Source: an uncultured Actinomycetes bacterium
GTDB lineage: Bacteria; Actinomycetota; Acidimicrobiia; IMCC26256; PALSA-555
Direction: 5' to 3'
DNA length: 64,000 nt
Assembly: GCA_963849135.1 (NCBI GenBank)
Contig: CAWKGF010000001.1
Location: 66,801 to 130,800 of the forward strand
In this document: positions 50,795-60,403 of the stretch, piece by piece
Layout of the letters: each line of letters starts with the position of its first letter
How positions within the stretch are numbered: position 1 is the first letter of the stretch
Translations under genes and position numbers: made by a program
Notes under the pieces: generated by a model
What the model saw: the letters and a program-made list of their open reading frames with translations, nothing else
What the model was told of the DNA's origin: nothing
Database searches by the model: none

Positions 50795-52240
50795 TCAGGT
50801 CGGTGCCACCGCGGTGAGTCGCTCGACCAGCAGGGTGCGCTGCACCTGACCGGTGGCCGGGGTGCGAGGCAGCGCCTCGACGAGCTCGACGCGGCGCGGC
50901 TGCTTGAACCCGGCCAGCCGGCCCTCGCAGTGGGCGCGGAGTGACTCGACGGTCAGCTCCGTGTCGCGGCCCGGCTCGGACACCACCACCGCGCACACCA
51001 CCTCGCCCCAGCGGACGTCGGGCAGCCCCACCACGGCCACCTCCGCGACCGCCGGATGCGACATGAGGACCTGCTCGACCTCGCCGGGGGAGACCGTCTC
51101 CCCGCCCGTGCGCAGCACGTCGCGGGCCCGGCCCACGATCGAGAGGTAGCCCTCCTCGTCGAGGGCCCCCAGGTCCCCGGTGTGGTACCAGCCGTCCCGC
51201 AGCGCGGCCGCAGTCGCCTCCGGCTGCTCGAAGTAGCCGTCCATGAGGAACTCGCTGCGGACGCACACCTCGCCGTCGTCGCTCAGGCGCAGGTCGACAC
51301 CTGACGCCGGCAGGCCCACCGAGCCCGGCTTGCGGACCAGGTCCGCGTTGCCGAGCAGCGTCGCCGGTCCGGCCTCGGTGGAGCCGTAGTAGATCCGCGT
51401 CACGGTGCCGGGGAACGCGGCGCTGATCGCGCGGAGCAACTCGGGTGGTGTCGCCGACGTTCCGGTGTCGCACTCCCGGACCGAGGCCAGGTCATAGCCC
51501 TCGAGTCCGTGCTGGAGCACCCGGTCCCACACCGCCGGGAGGCAGTAGAGCCGGCTGGCCTGGCGGCGGTCGGCCGTCTCGAGCAGCGTCGCTGCGTCCG
51601 GGGCCGCGAAGTGCACCGGGAGCCGCATCTGCCAGGCGTTCAGGGTCATCGACCAGCCCGACATGTGGAAGAGGGGGAACATGCAGACGGTGCTGCCCTC
51701 CCAGTCGGTGATCAGGTTCGGGAAGCTGCGCAGGCAGCTGCACCGGTGCGAGAGCACCACCCCCTTCGACCGGCCGGTGCTGCCGCTGGTGAAGAACACG
51801 ACGTGGGTGTCACGCTCGTCGAGCGACGGGTCGACCACCCCCGACGCTTCCACCCGCGCGGCGCGCTGGAGCAGCTCGGCCTGGGAGAGGCACTCGAACC
51901 CTCCCGTCTCGTGGGCGGCGTCGACCACGGTCAGGCGAGGCCGGGCGTACCCGACCACCTCGGTCGCCTCGTCGGCGCTCAGGCGGGCGTTGACCGGCAT
52001 GAACGCCGCCCCGAGCTTGGCCAGCCCCCCGAAGATCGGCATCGCCTCGAGGCTGGTCTCGCCCCACCAGGCCACCCGGTCGCCGCGGGCCACGCCCCGC
52101 TCGGCCAGGACCCGGGCGACCTGGTTCGACGCCGCCTCCAGCTCCCCGAAGGTGAGCTCGTCGTCGCCCATCGTCGCCGCGAGCCGACCCGGGACGACCG
52201 CCGCCCCGTGTCGGATCACGTCCCCGACCAGCAGGCCCAT
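50795..52240 (-). CDS. AMP-dependent synthetase/ligase (acyl-CoA synthetase)
   Basis: ATG at 52240. FFTSGSTGRSKGVVLSH, YYGSTEAG, GWYHTGDLG and TGQVQRTLL. The long upstream ORF extension is ignored. Confidence 0.85.
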   Translation of the reverse strand: MGLLVGDVIRHGAAVVPGRLAATMGDDELTFGELEAASNQVARVLAERGVARGDRVAWWGETSLEAMPIFGGLAKLGAAFMPVNARLSADEATEVVGYARPRLTVVDAAHETGGFECLSQAELLQRAARVEASGVVDPSLDERDTHVVFFTSGSTGRSKGVVLSHRCSCLRSFPNLITDWEGSTVCMFPLFHMSGWSMTLNAWQMRLPVHFAAPDAATLLETADRRQASRLYCLPAVWDRVLQHGLEGYDLASVRECDTGTSATPPELLRAISAAFPGTVTRIYYGSTEAGPATLLGNADLVRKPGSVGLPASGVDLRLSDDGEVCVRSEFLMDGYFEQPEATAAALRDGWYHTGDLGALDEEGYLSIVGRARDVLRTGGETVSPGEVEQVLMSHPAVAEVAVVGLPDVRWGEVVCAVVVSEPGRDTELTVESLRAHCEGRLAGFKQPRRVELVEALPRTPATGQVQRTLLVERLTAVAPT

Positions 52241-52309
52241 CGGGCCGCAGGTTACGCGGGCGCGTTGCGCTCCCCCGCGGGGCACCCGGCGAACCCCCGG
52301 TTCGCAGCT

Positions 52310-52322
52310 GACAATAATTGTC
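52310..52322. promoter_or_regulatory. Candidate Fur/PerR-type operator: 6-1-6 palindrome GACAAT-A-ATTGTC
   Basis: A perfect AT-rich palindrome in GC-rich surroundings, 18 nt upstream of the Fur-family ATG (52340), in the divergent region shared with the acyl-CoA synthetase gene. Confidence 0.5.
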
Positions 52323-52339
52323 GATAAACTGTGCTTGTC

Positions 52340-52771
52340 ATGAAGACGGTCGAGGATCTGACGGAGCGGTTCCGGGAGCGAGGTCTGCGGGTCACACCGC
52401 AGCGCCAAGCCATTTTCGGGCTCCTGTCCGGCGACGCCAGCCACCCCACGGTCGAGGCGCTCTACGAGCGGGCTCGCACCACGATGCCGACCATCTCGCT
52501 CAAGACCGTGTACCAGACCGTGCACGACCTCGAGGAGATGGGAGAGGTCGAGCTCATCCACCTCGGCACCGGCAGCGTCCGCGTCGACCCCAACGTCGAG
52601 CACGCGCACCACCACCTGATCTGCACCGTCTGCGGTGATGTCCGCGACGTGCTCGTCGACGTGCGCGACCTGCGCCTCCCCGCCCGCGACCGTCGCGGGT
52701 TCGCGGTCACCGACGTCGAGGTGCACTTCCGCGGCGTGTGTGACGTCTGCGCCGAACGCCAGTTGTCCTGA
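52340..52771 (+). CDS. Fur family transcriptional regulator (PerR/FurA-like)
   Basis: GLRVTPQRQAIFGLL..HPTVEALYE..TISLKTVYQTVHDLEE..HHHLICTVCGDV...CDVC. These are the winged helix plus CxxC zinc motifs of Fur-family proteins. Confidence 0.85.
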   Translation: MKTVEDLTERFRERGLRVTPQRQAIFGLLSGDASHPTVEALYERARTTMPTISLKTVYQTVHDLEEMGEVELIHLGTGSVRVDPNVEHAHHHLICTVCGDVRDVLVDVRDLRLPARDRRGFAVTDVEVHFRGVCDVCAERQLS

Positions 52772-52800
52772 AACCGAAGATCCAAAGGAGCCAAGTCACG

Positions 52801-53223
<423 letters not shown>

Positions 53224-53377
53224 GCGGACCGTCCGGTGTGCTCGACGGCCCCGGGAACCGTCCCGGGGCCGTCGCACACCGACCGTCTCTCCGTCTCGAT
53301 CGGACCACCACGACCGGACCGCGGGCGGGCACGCGTCGTGCTGAGCCTCGCCGGACCGGAGGAGGAGTCGTGCACCG

Positions 53378-53956
53378 GTGCGTAAGCTGACGGTCGCTGA
53401 CATCAAGGACCTGCGCGAGTACGAGCGGGAGCGGGAGGAGTTCCGCGCCGAGATCGTCGCCCTGAAGAAGCGGCGCCGCATCCTGCTCGGTGACCTCATG
53501 AGCATCGTGTTCGAGAACGCGGCAACGATGCGGTTCCAGATCCAGGAGATGGCCCGCGCCGAGCGGATGTTGCGCGACGAGCAGATCGCTCACGAGGTCG
53601 AGACCTTCAACCAGCTCGTCCCCGCTGACGGGGAGCTCTCCTGCACCCTGTTCATCGAGATCACCGACGGGGAGGCTCTCCGCTACTGGCTGCCCCGTCT
53701 CGTCGGGATCCACGAATACGTCCACGTCGTCGTCGGCGAGGACGTCGTGACCGGACGGGCCGAGGACCTGGAGCGACTCACCCGCTCCGACACCACCACC
53801 ACCGTCCACTACCTGAAGTTCACGTTCAGCCCCGGGCAGCAGGAGGCCTTCCGGGACGCGAAGGTCCGCCTCGTCGTCGACCACCCCGAGTACCAGGTCG
53901 ACATCACGCTCACCGACGAGCAGCGCGACGAGCTGGTGGGAGACTTCGCCGCTTGA
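53378..53956 (+). CDS. DUF3501 family protein
   Basis: 192 aa. ..[55 protein letters not shown].. matches my recollection of DUF3501, a family commonly found beside rubrerythrin-type genes. Confidence 0.6.
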   Translation: MRKLTVADIKDLREYEREREEFRAEIVALKKRRRILLGDLMSIVFENAATMRFQIQEMARAERMLRDEQIAHEVETFNQLVPADGELSCTLFIEITDGEALRYWLPRLVGIHEYVHVVVGEDVVTGRAEDLERLTRSDTTTTVHYLKFTFSPGQQEAFRDAKVRLVVDHPEYQVDITLTDEQRDELVGDFAA

Positions 53957-54396
53957 GCCTCCAGATCCGGATCGCCCGGCTCGACCCGGCGGTGCCGCTG
54001 CCCGCGCCGGCCCACGACCACGACGCCGGCTACGACCTCACCGCCCGCGTCGAGGCCACCCTCTCGCCGGGCGGCGGGCGCGCGCTGATCCCGACCGGGG
54101 TCGCGGTGGCCATCCCGCCCGGCCACGCCGGCTTGGTGCTGCCCCGCTCCGGGCTTGCCCTCCGGCACGGGGTGACCTGCCTCAACACCCCCGGGCTCAT
54201 CGACCCCCCGTACCGGGGGGAGCTGAAGGTGCTCCTCGTCAACACCGACCCCGACGCGTCGTACACCGTCCAGCGCGGGGACCGGATCGCGCAACTCGTG
54301 GTCACCGCCGTCGACTCGACCGTCGACTGGGTCGAAGTCTCGTCCCTCGACGAGACCGGGCGCGACACCTTCGGGTTCGGCTCGACCGGCCGCTGA
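53953..54396 (+). CDS. dut: dUTP diphosphatase
   Basis: AGYDL, PRSGLALRHGV, GLIDPPYRGEL, GDRIAQLV and GFGSTG are the five dUTPase motifs. TTGA overlap start. Confidence 0.9.
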   Translation: MSLQIRIARLDPAVPLPAPAHDHDAGYDLTARVEATLSPGGGRALIPTGVAVAIPPGHAGLVLPRSGLALRHGVTCLNTPGLIDPPYRGELKVLLVNTDPDASYTVQRGDRIAQLVVTAVDSTVDWVEVSSLDETGRDTFGFGSTGR

Positions 54397-54468
54397 CCGC
54401 GCGCCTCCCGGCCGCGGCGCCGAGGTCTCCGATGGACCGCCGTCTCGCCCCACCGGTAGCGTGCCGCG

Positions 54469-55413
54469 GTGCCTCACGACCGCAAGTTCCGATTCGGCGT
54501 CATGGCCCCCCGAGCCGAGTCGGGGTCGCAGTACCGCGACGCGGCTCGACGGTGGGAGGACCTCGGCTACTCGACCCTGTTCGTCCCCGACCACTTCGTC
54601 GACCATCCCCTCGCGCCCATCCCGGCCATGGCGATGGTCGCCGAGGCGACCACCACGCTGCGGGTCGGGTCGCTCGTCCTCGGCAACGACTACAAGCACC
54701 CCGTCGTCCTCGCCCGGGAGGCCGCGACCCTCGACTTCCTCTCGGACGGTCGCCTCGAGCTCGGGATCGGCGCCGGGTGGATGACCGCCGACTACGAGCA
54801 GGCCGGCCTGACCCTCGACCCACCGGGCGTCCGGGTCGAGCGGCTCGGCGAGTCGATCACCGTCCTGCGCGGCCTCTTCGCCGACGAGCCGCTCACCTTC
54901 GACGCGCAGCACTACCACATCCACGGACTCGACGGGATGCCGAAACCCGTCCAGCGTCCGGCTCCGCCGATCATCGTCGGCGGCGGTGCGAAACGGGTCC
55001 TGTCGCTCGCGGCCCGCCAAGCCGACATCGTCGGGATCAACGCCAACCTCCGACGCGGCGAAGCCCAACACCCCGACGCCGCCCACTCGCTCAGCGCCGC
55101 GGCAACCGACCAGAAGCTCGGATGGGTCCGCGAGGCCGCCGGTGACCGCTTCGACGACCTCGAGATCCAGCAGTACGCCGGGTTCGTGCTCTTCACCGAC
55201 GACCGCCAGTCGCTGGCCGAAGCGATGGCACCCGCCTTCGGCGTGAGCCCCGAGATGGCGCTCGAGACCCCGATCGCGATCGTCGGGACCGCCGAGCAGA
55301 TGCTCGACGACCTCGTCGCCCGCCGGGAACGATGGCAGATGAGCTACGTCGTGGTCGACGACGCGGTCGCCGAGCAGTTTGCGCCGATCGTCGCCAACCT
55401 CGCCGGTACTTGA
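54469..55413 (+). CDS. LLM-class F420-dependent oxidoreductase
   Basis: FRFGVMAP..GYSTLFVPDHF..LGNDYKHP..ELGIGAGW are luciferase-like monooxygenase motifs. Paralogous to the next gene. Confidence 0.8.
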   Translation: MPHDRKFRFGVMAPRAESGSQYRDAARRWEDLGYSTLFVPDHFVDHPLAPIPAMAMVAEATTTLRVGSLVLGNDYKHPVVLAREAATLDFLSDGRLELGIGAGWMTADYEQAGLTLDPPGVRVERLGESITVLRGLFADEPLTFDAQHYHIHGLDGMPKPVQRPAPPIIVGGGAKRVLSLAARQADIVGINANLRRGEAQHPDAAHSLSAAATDQKLGWVREAAGDRFDDLEIQQYAGFVLFTDDRQSLAEAMAPAFGVSPEMALETPIAIVGTAEQMLDDLVARRERWQMSYVVVDDAVAEQFAPIVANLAGT

Positions 55414-55420
55414 GGACGCG

Positions 55421-56362
55421 ATGGCGCACGACCGCACGTTCCGCTTCGGGGTCCAGGTCGGCGGATCGCACGATCCGGCCAGCTGGCGGGAGCTGGCCCG
55501 CAAGATCGAGGCCCTCGGCTACTCGACTCTGTTCATGCCCGACCACTTCATCGACACCGAGCTCGCCCCGATGGTCGGCATCTCGTTCGCGGCCGCCGCC
55601 ACCGACCAGCTCCGAGTTGGGATGCTCGTCCTCGGCAACGACTACAAGCACCCCGCCGTCACCGCCAAGGAGGCCGCGACGGTCGACGTGCTGTCCAACG
55701 GCCGCCTCGAGTTCGGGCTCGGAGCCGGCTGGATGCAAACCGACTACGAGGCCCTCGGCCTCGCCTACGACCCGCCCCGCGCCCGCATCGAACGGCTCCA
55801 AGAGGCCCTCGCGATCGTCAAGGGCGCCTGGGGTGACGGCCCCTTCGACCACGACGGCGCCAACTACACGATCCGCTCCTACAACGGCATCCCCAAGCCC
55901 GCCCAGCAGCCCCGCCCGCCGATCGTCATCGGCGGCGGAGGGCCTCGGCTGCTGCGCCTCGCCGGACAGGAGGCCGACATCGTGGGGATCAACCCGAACC
56001 TGCGCGCCGGCGCGATCACCGAGGACGCGCTCCGCTCCGCCCTCGCCGACCAGACCCGCCAGAAGATCGCCTGGGTCCGCGAAGGCGCCGGCGACCGCTT
56101 CGACGACCTCGAGCTCCAGATCCGCTACTACCTCTCCGCGATCACCGACGACGCCCGAGGGTTCGCCGACGCGCTCGCCCCCGGGTTCGGGCTCACCGCC
56201 GACGAAGCACTCGAATCGGGCACCGCGCTCCTCGGCACCGTCGACGAGGTCTGCGACACCCTCCAGCAGCGGCGCGAAGCCTGGGGGGTGTCCTACATCG
56301 TGGTCGGCGACAACAACTTCGAAGACTTTGGACCCGTCGTCGCTCGGCTCGCCGGAACCTGA
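55421..56362 (+). CDS. LLM-class F420-dependent oxidoreductase (tandem paralogue)
   Basis: FRFGVQVG..GYSTLFMPDHF..LGNDYKHP..EFGLGAGW. Collinear similarity to 54469..55413 is visible by eye. Confidence 0.8.
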   Translation: MAHDRTFRFGVQVGGSHDPASWRELARKIEALGYSTLFMPDHFIDTELAPMVGISFAAAATDQLRVGMLVLGNDYKHPAVTAKEAATVDVLSNGRLEFGLGAGWMQTDYEALGLAYDPPRARIERLQEALAIVKGAWGDGPFDHDGANYTIRSYNGIPKPAQQPRPPIVIGGGGPRLLRLAGQEADIVGINPNLRAGAITEDALRSALADQTRQKIAWVREGAGDRFDDLELQIRYYLSAITDDARGFADALAPGFGLTADEALESGTALLGTVDEVCDTLQQRREAWGVSYIVVGDNNFEDFGPVVARLAGT

Positions 56363-56475
56363 CCACCAGCTCCTCGCGCCAACGACCGGGGCCGAGCCAG
56401 TGCCCCGCCGGCCGGCGGGCCACAGCACGACAACATCCAGGTGCGAGACGGCCTGCGCTATTCTCGACTGCTCGC

Positions 56476-56548
56476 GCGGACGTGGCTCAGCTGGTAGAGC
56501 ATCACCTTGCCAAGGTGAGGGTCGCGGGTTCGAATCCCGTCGTCCGCT
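56476..56548 (+). tRNA. tRNA-Gly: tRNA-Gly (anticodon GCC)
   Basis: Cloverleaf folded by hand: acceptor GCGGACG/CGTCCGC, D arm GCTC-AGCTGGTA-GAGC, anticodon arm TCACC-TTGCCAA-GGTGA, T arm GCGGG-TTCGAAT-CCCGT. The following bases are CCG, so CCA is not encoded here. Confidence 0.9.
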
Positions 56549-57729
56549 CCGAATAATCGCTGGTCAGCGGCCTCGTTCGAGGCCGCTGATGCTTCTCGGA
56601 GCTGTCGCGGATTTGCGTGGGCCGCGTGTGGGCCGCGGAGCGCGGCCCGGCGCGCTGGAAGGTGTCCTCGAGACTGGCGGCGAGGGCTTGGCGGGCGGCG
56701 GGGAACAGGTGCCCGTAGCGATCCGAGGTGACGCGGATCGTGGAGTGCCCGAGGTGGGCTTTGATCTCTTCGAGGTGTCGCCCGTCGGCGATGAGCAGCG
56801 CGGCGCAGGTGTGCCGCAGGTCATGGAAACGAAGCCGCGGGTTGAGTCCGGCATGCTCGACGGCGGGCCGGAAGTGGCGGGCGTAGAAGTTGCGATGCCG
56901 GATGGGGCCGCCTTCGGCGGCGCTGAACACGAAGCCGTCGCGGGACGGGTAGCGGCCGATGTGGGCGCCGAGCACGCCAGCGAGGAACGCGGGCAGGCCG
57001 ATGGTGCGGGGCCGCCCGGTCTTGGTGGGCCCGATCACCAGACGACCGCGCACTTCGCTGAGCGATTCGACGACGTCGAGGGTGCGGGCGAGTAGCTGCA
57101 GATGACCGACGCGCAGCGCGCCGAGCTCGCCGGCGCGCAGGCCGCCGTAGGCGGCGGTGTAGATCAGGACCCGGTAACGGTCCTCGATGGCGTCGGCGAG
57201 CTGGTTGACCTGCTCGGCGCTGAGGAACAGCATTTCTTCGCGGTTACGGTCGGAGGGCAGCTCGATGCCCCGGCACGGTGAGCGGGAGATCAGGTCGTCG
57301 ATGACGGCCTGCTCGAAGATCTGGACGGCGATCTGGTAGATCGCATGCACGCTGGCCGGCGCGAGGCCCTGGGCGACGAGGTCAGCCACCCAGGCGCGGA
57401 TATCCGACGGACGCACCCGCGCGACCGCCATATTCCCGAACGCTGGCAGCACATAGTTGCGCAGCCGTCCTTCGACGTTGACGTAGCTGCGCGGGCTCAC
57501 GCTGGCCTTGGTGCTCAGCCAGTCCGCCGCCACGACGCAGACGGGTGTGCGCGCCGAGCGCGGGGTCGATCCACTCGCCGCGACTCTTGGCGGCAAGCAC
57601 CGTGTTGAGAAACCGCTCCGCGTCGGCACGCCGAGCAAAGCTTCGGGAACGCTCCCGACCGTTGGGGTCGCGGTAGCGGGCCCGCCACACGTTGCGACCT
57701 GTGCGGCGCCGCCGCTCGATGTGAGCCAT
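56502..57729 (-). CDS. int: Tyrosine-type site-specific integrase; one frameshift near 57555; ORF runs into the tRNA
   Basis: MAHIERRRRTGRNVWRARYRDPNGRERSRSF..GEWIDPALG (one frame) continues as ARTPVCVVAADWL... in the adjacent frame. The catalytic region has GLRAGELGAL, HDLRHTCAALL, LGHSTI and SDRYGHL. No stop occurs until 56502, within the tRNA. Confidence 0.85.
56507..56550. repeat. attL: 44-bp direct repeat (3' part of tRNA-Gly), identical to 60404..60447
   Basis: ttgccaaggtgagggtcgcgggttcgaatcccgtcgtccgctcc occurs identically at both positions, compared base by base. Confidence 0.9.
56564..56589 (+). terminator. Hairpin just downstream of tRNA-Gly (element-borne)
   Basis: tcagcggcctcg-tt-cgaggccgctga, a perfect 12-bp inverted repeat starting 14 nt after the tRNA. 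It lies inside the 3' extension of the integrase ORF. Confidence 0.5.
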
Positions 57730-57868
57730 CACATCACTCCGTCGACGCACTCATGCGGTTGTGAGGGCCGCTGTATCGCCCATAGAGGCCGCTCCAGCAT
57801 CGACGTGGTAGTCGGGTACAGGAAGATTTGCTCGCGTCGCGGTCGTGCCTTGATGTGTACACCGCGCG

Positions 57869-58093
57869 TCAAGACGCGTCGCGGCGCGCCGCGAGCCACG
57901 CCTCGACATCCTCGACCCGGTAGCGAACGTGCCGGCCGACCCGATAGCCGCGCGGTCCTTCGCTGCGGGAGCGCCACCGGTACACGGTCCGCAGCGGCAC
58001 GCCCAGGAACGCGGCGACCTCATCGGGGCCGACGAGCCGCGCCGCCGACGGGCCGGCGTCGTGATGCCTGGCACCAGCGCTGTTGGGTTTCAT
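57869..58093 (-). CDS. xis: Excisionase-family DNA-binding protein (HTH_17/MerR-like)
   Basis: LVGPDEVAAFLGVPLRTVYRWRSRSEGPRGYRVGRHVRYRVEDVEAWL is the typical excisionase HTH. Met start at 58093. Confidence 0.75.
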   Translation of the reverse strand: MKPNSAGARHHDAGPSAARLVGPDEVAAFLGVPLRTVYRWRSRSEGPRGYRVGRHVRYRVEDVEAWLAARRDAS

Positions 58094-58475
58094 GTTCACG
58101 AAGCGCCTCTCTGCGATTGGGTAGTCATGCGCGAAGCCGCGCACCTACACCAAGCGCAAACCCGCACGCCGAGGGGGACACCCATCGCGAAGAAATCCGG
58201 TCTCGAACGACGCCAGCGACACGCAGTACGGGCACGGTGCGCGCCCGGACAAAACTGGTGCGGGCATATAGCGCCCCGGCGAGTCTGCTCCTCGTAGTTC
58301 ATGCGATGGTTCATGTTTTGAGGCCCGTTAGTTCAGATTCGCGTTTCTTTTCCGTCTGGGCCCGAGCGGCGGAATCTGAACTTCAGGTCGGAGGATCTGA
58401 AGTTCAGATCATCAACCGCTGTTCAGCTGGGTCGCCGATGACCCACTGGCAACCGGTAGGAGCAGGGGTCGGCTC

Positions 58476-58643
58476 ATGAACATGCCCAAGCGGTCGGTGC
58501 GGATGTCAGAAGGGGCGGGGACGCTCGAGATGGACGCCCCCGACGTCTACGCGTTGATCGGCGATCGAGGCGAGCTCAGGGCCGGCAGGGGCCGTGACGG
58601 CGTCGTCTACGTGCCCGAACAAGCTCTCCGGGGCTACCAGTAG
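58476..58643 (+). CDS. Small ORF (55 aa), possible HTH/excisionase-like protein
   Basis: Below the ORF-track cutoff, translated by hand: MNMPKRSVRMSEGAGTLEMDAPDVYALIGDRGELRAGRGRDGVVYVPEQALRGYQ. A GGAG-containing stretch (taggagcagggg) lies about 15-25 nt upstream of the ATG. Flanked by repeated GTTCAGATTCGC motifs. Weak resemblance to the ..VYRLI..GELPAxRVG.. pattern. Confidence 0.35.
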   Translation: MNMPKRSVRMSEGAGTLEMDAPDVYALIGDRGELRAGRGRDGVVYVPEQALRGYQ

Positions 58644-59077
58644 CGACACGCAACAGGATCTCGCTAGCTCGAACCGTCGGGGCCGGGAGCGGCAGTCACC
58701 AGGCGTGGCCGGCGTTGCGAACCGTGAAGTTCAGATTCGCAGGGCAGCGGACGCTGCAAGTGTGTCTCTCGCGAGATCCTGGTCGCGGGGGTCACTGGGT
58801 GTGCACGGACGGTGATGGCGAGAGCCGGGAGTTGATGCGCGAGTCCGGTTGTTCGGGAATGGCTCGGCGTGGACGCCGAGGGGTGTGGCCTATTGTCATC
58901 TCCCGCCCACGTCGCCGGGTGGTCGGAGATCGGTCGAGGTGCTGGGCCCGGGCGCCGGGGCCTCGGCTCGGCCAGTTAGCCAGCCCGAGACCGTTCCCGG
59001 AGCCGCTCGGAAGGCTAGGGTCCTACGGCATCGGATGCTCGGCGGGAAGCCCGGCCGGGAAGCGGAGGTCGTGCGGC

Positions 59078-60208
59078 ATGAGGCTGCGTCTGGCGGGTGC
59101 AGGGGTAGGCGCGGCAGCGACCGCCGTGTTGGGTGTGGTGGCGCTGGCGGTGGGCTCGGGTCCGGCGGGGGCGGCGCCGACGACGCTGTTCTCCTCGAGC
59201 ACGGCCGGGCCGCTGGTATCGGCGACCGTGCCGGCTGGCATCTGTTTCGTGACCATCAGCGCTGCAGGCGGGCATGGGGGCGCCAACAGCGACGGCAGCC
59301 AAGTCGGCGGCGCGGCGGCGAGCCTCACCGCCAGAGTGGCCGTCACCCCAGGCGAGTCCCTTACCGTCCAGGTCGGCGGCGCGGGCGCAACCGCCCCCTC
59401 GGCGACGCAGGCTGGTGCTGGCGGGATCGGCGGCGGCGGCGGCGGCGCGGCAGCGAGTCCGGCCGGCGGTGGCGGCGGTGGTGCCTCGGCGGTCAGTGGT
59501 CCTACGGGACCCCTGGTCGTCGCTGGCGGCGGCGGGGGCGGCGGGGGCGGCGTGGGCGGGGCCGGCGGAACGCTTGGAAACCCGGGCGGGAACGGCGGCA
59601 CCAACGGGTTCGCCGGAACCGAAGGCGTCGGCGGCGGCACCAACGGGGTCGGCGTCGGCGGCACTGGTGGCACCGACTTCGACGTCGCCGGCGCTGGGAG
59701 CGGCGGTGGCGTCATCGCTGGTGGCCCCGCCGCCGAGGGTGGCGGGGCCGGCGGAGGTGGTGCCAACGGGATCGGCGGGGGCGGCGGTGGTCCCGGCTCC
59801 GTGGCGAGCGCCGCCGGGACGGGCGGGACGGGCGGTGCCGCTGGTCAGATCGGCCAAGCAGGAACCGCCAGCCCCTTGATCAACGGCAACGGCGGGGTCG
59901 GCAATGACAGCGGCGGCAACGCCGGGGTTGCCGGTGGTGCCGGTGGCGGCGGGGGCGGCGGTGGCGGGATCGGCTTCGGCGGCGGCGGCGCCGCCCTCGA
60001 AGCTGGGGGCGGCGGGGGTGGCGCCGGGTATGGGGCCGGGGGTGGCGGCCTTGGCGGTGGCGGCGGGGGCTCCTCGTTCGAGGTGCCCGGTGCGACGAAC
60101 GTCGTTCCTCCGGTGCTCAGCGGGAGCAGTCAGGTGACTATCAGCTACGACCCGAGCACCGACAGCTGCCCGACTGCGCTGGTCGTGGCTCCAAGTTTCA
60201 CCGGATAA
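59078..60208 (+). CDS. Secreted glycine-rich domain protein (element cargo)
   Basis: Signal peptide MRLRLAGAGVGAAATAVLGVVALAVGSGPAGAAP. The core (ICFVTISAAGGHGGAN...SLTARVAVTPGESLTVQVGGAG...PLVVAGGGGGGG) resembles the glycine-rich domain family (Gly_rich-type). Cys-containing C-terminus. Confidence 0.7.
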   Translation: MRLRLAGAGVGAAATAVLGVVALAVGSGPAGAAPTTLFSSSTAGPLVSATVPAGICFVTISAAGGHGGANSDGSQVGGAAASLTARVAVTPGESLTVQVGGAGATAPSATQAGAGGIGGGGGGAAASPAGGGGGGASAVSGPTGPLVVAGGGGGGGGGVGGAGGTLGNPGGNGGTNGFAGTEGVGGGTNGVGVGGTGGTDFDVAGAGSGGGVIAGGPAAEGGGAGGGGANGIGGGGGGPGSVASAAGTGGTGGAAGQIGQAGTASPLINGNGGVGNDSGGNAGVAGGAGGGGGGGGGIGFGGGGAALEAGGGGGGAGYGAGGGGLGGGGGGSSFEVPGATNVVPPVLSGSSQVTISYDPSTDSCPTALVVAPSFTG

Positions 60209-60403
60209 GTACCGGGCCTACAACGGGGATGGCGCGACGCTCACGCATGTTGCGTGTGGTCGCTGGTTTCCGCTGATCCAAGCTGTTGGGCCGCGAGTGG
60301 GCCGCGGAAGGTCACGAAACATCGACATTCACCGCCAGCTGTTGACAGACGTCTGTGCTGGTCACCCCGGATCTTGGCTGATCACGTCTCCGCATCGGTC
60401 GGA

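Noticed and set aside
56502-56560. Possibility that the integrase C-terminus genuinely overlaps and is encoded within the tRNA gene, or that the tRNA is a pseudo-tRNA.
   Set aside because: The tRNA folds into a complete canonical cloverleaf. The integrase tail (..SDYSERTTGFEPATLTLAR) is simply the antisense reading of the tRNA, so it is most likely read-through after a lost or shifted stop. It is kept as a caveat rather than a feature.
57508-58479. 323-aa plus-strand ORF spanning the integrase N-terminus, the xis gene and the control region of the element.
   Set aside because: It is Arg/Ala/Pro-rich and antisense to two genes with clear motifs. It also runs through the AT-richer intergenic region, with no start context.
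59400-60060. Highly repetitive GGC/GGT-rich DNA, considered as a possible simple-sequence repeat, CRISPR-like array or PE_PGRS-type element.
   Set aside because: There is no regular repeat-spacer periodicity. It translates in one frame into irregular Gly-rich tracts of a signal-peptide-bearing protein, and the overlapping ORFs (58849..59907, 59015..59857, 59023..59766, 59274..59879) are frame artefacts of the same composition.
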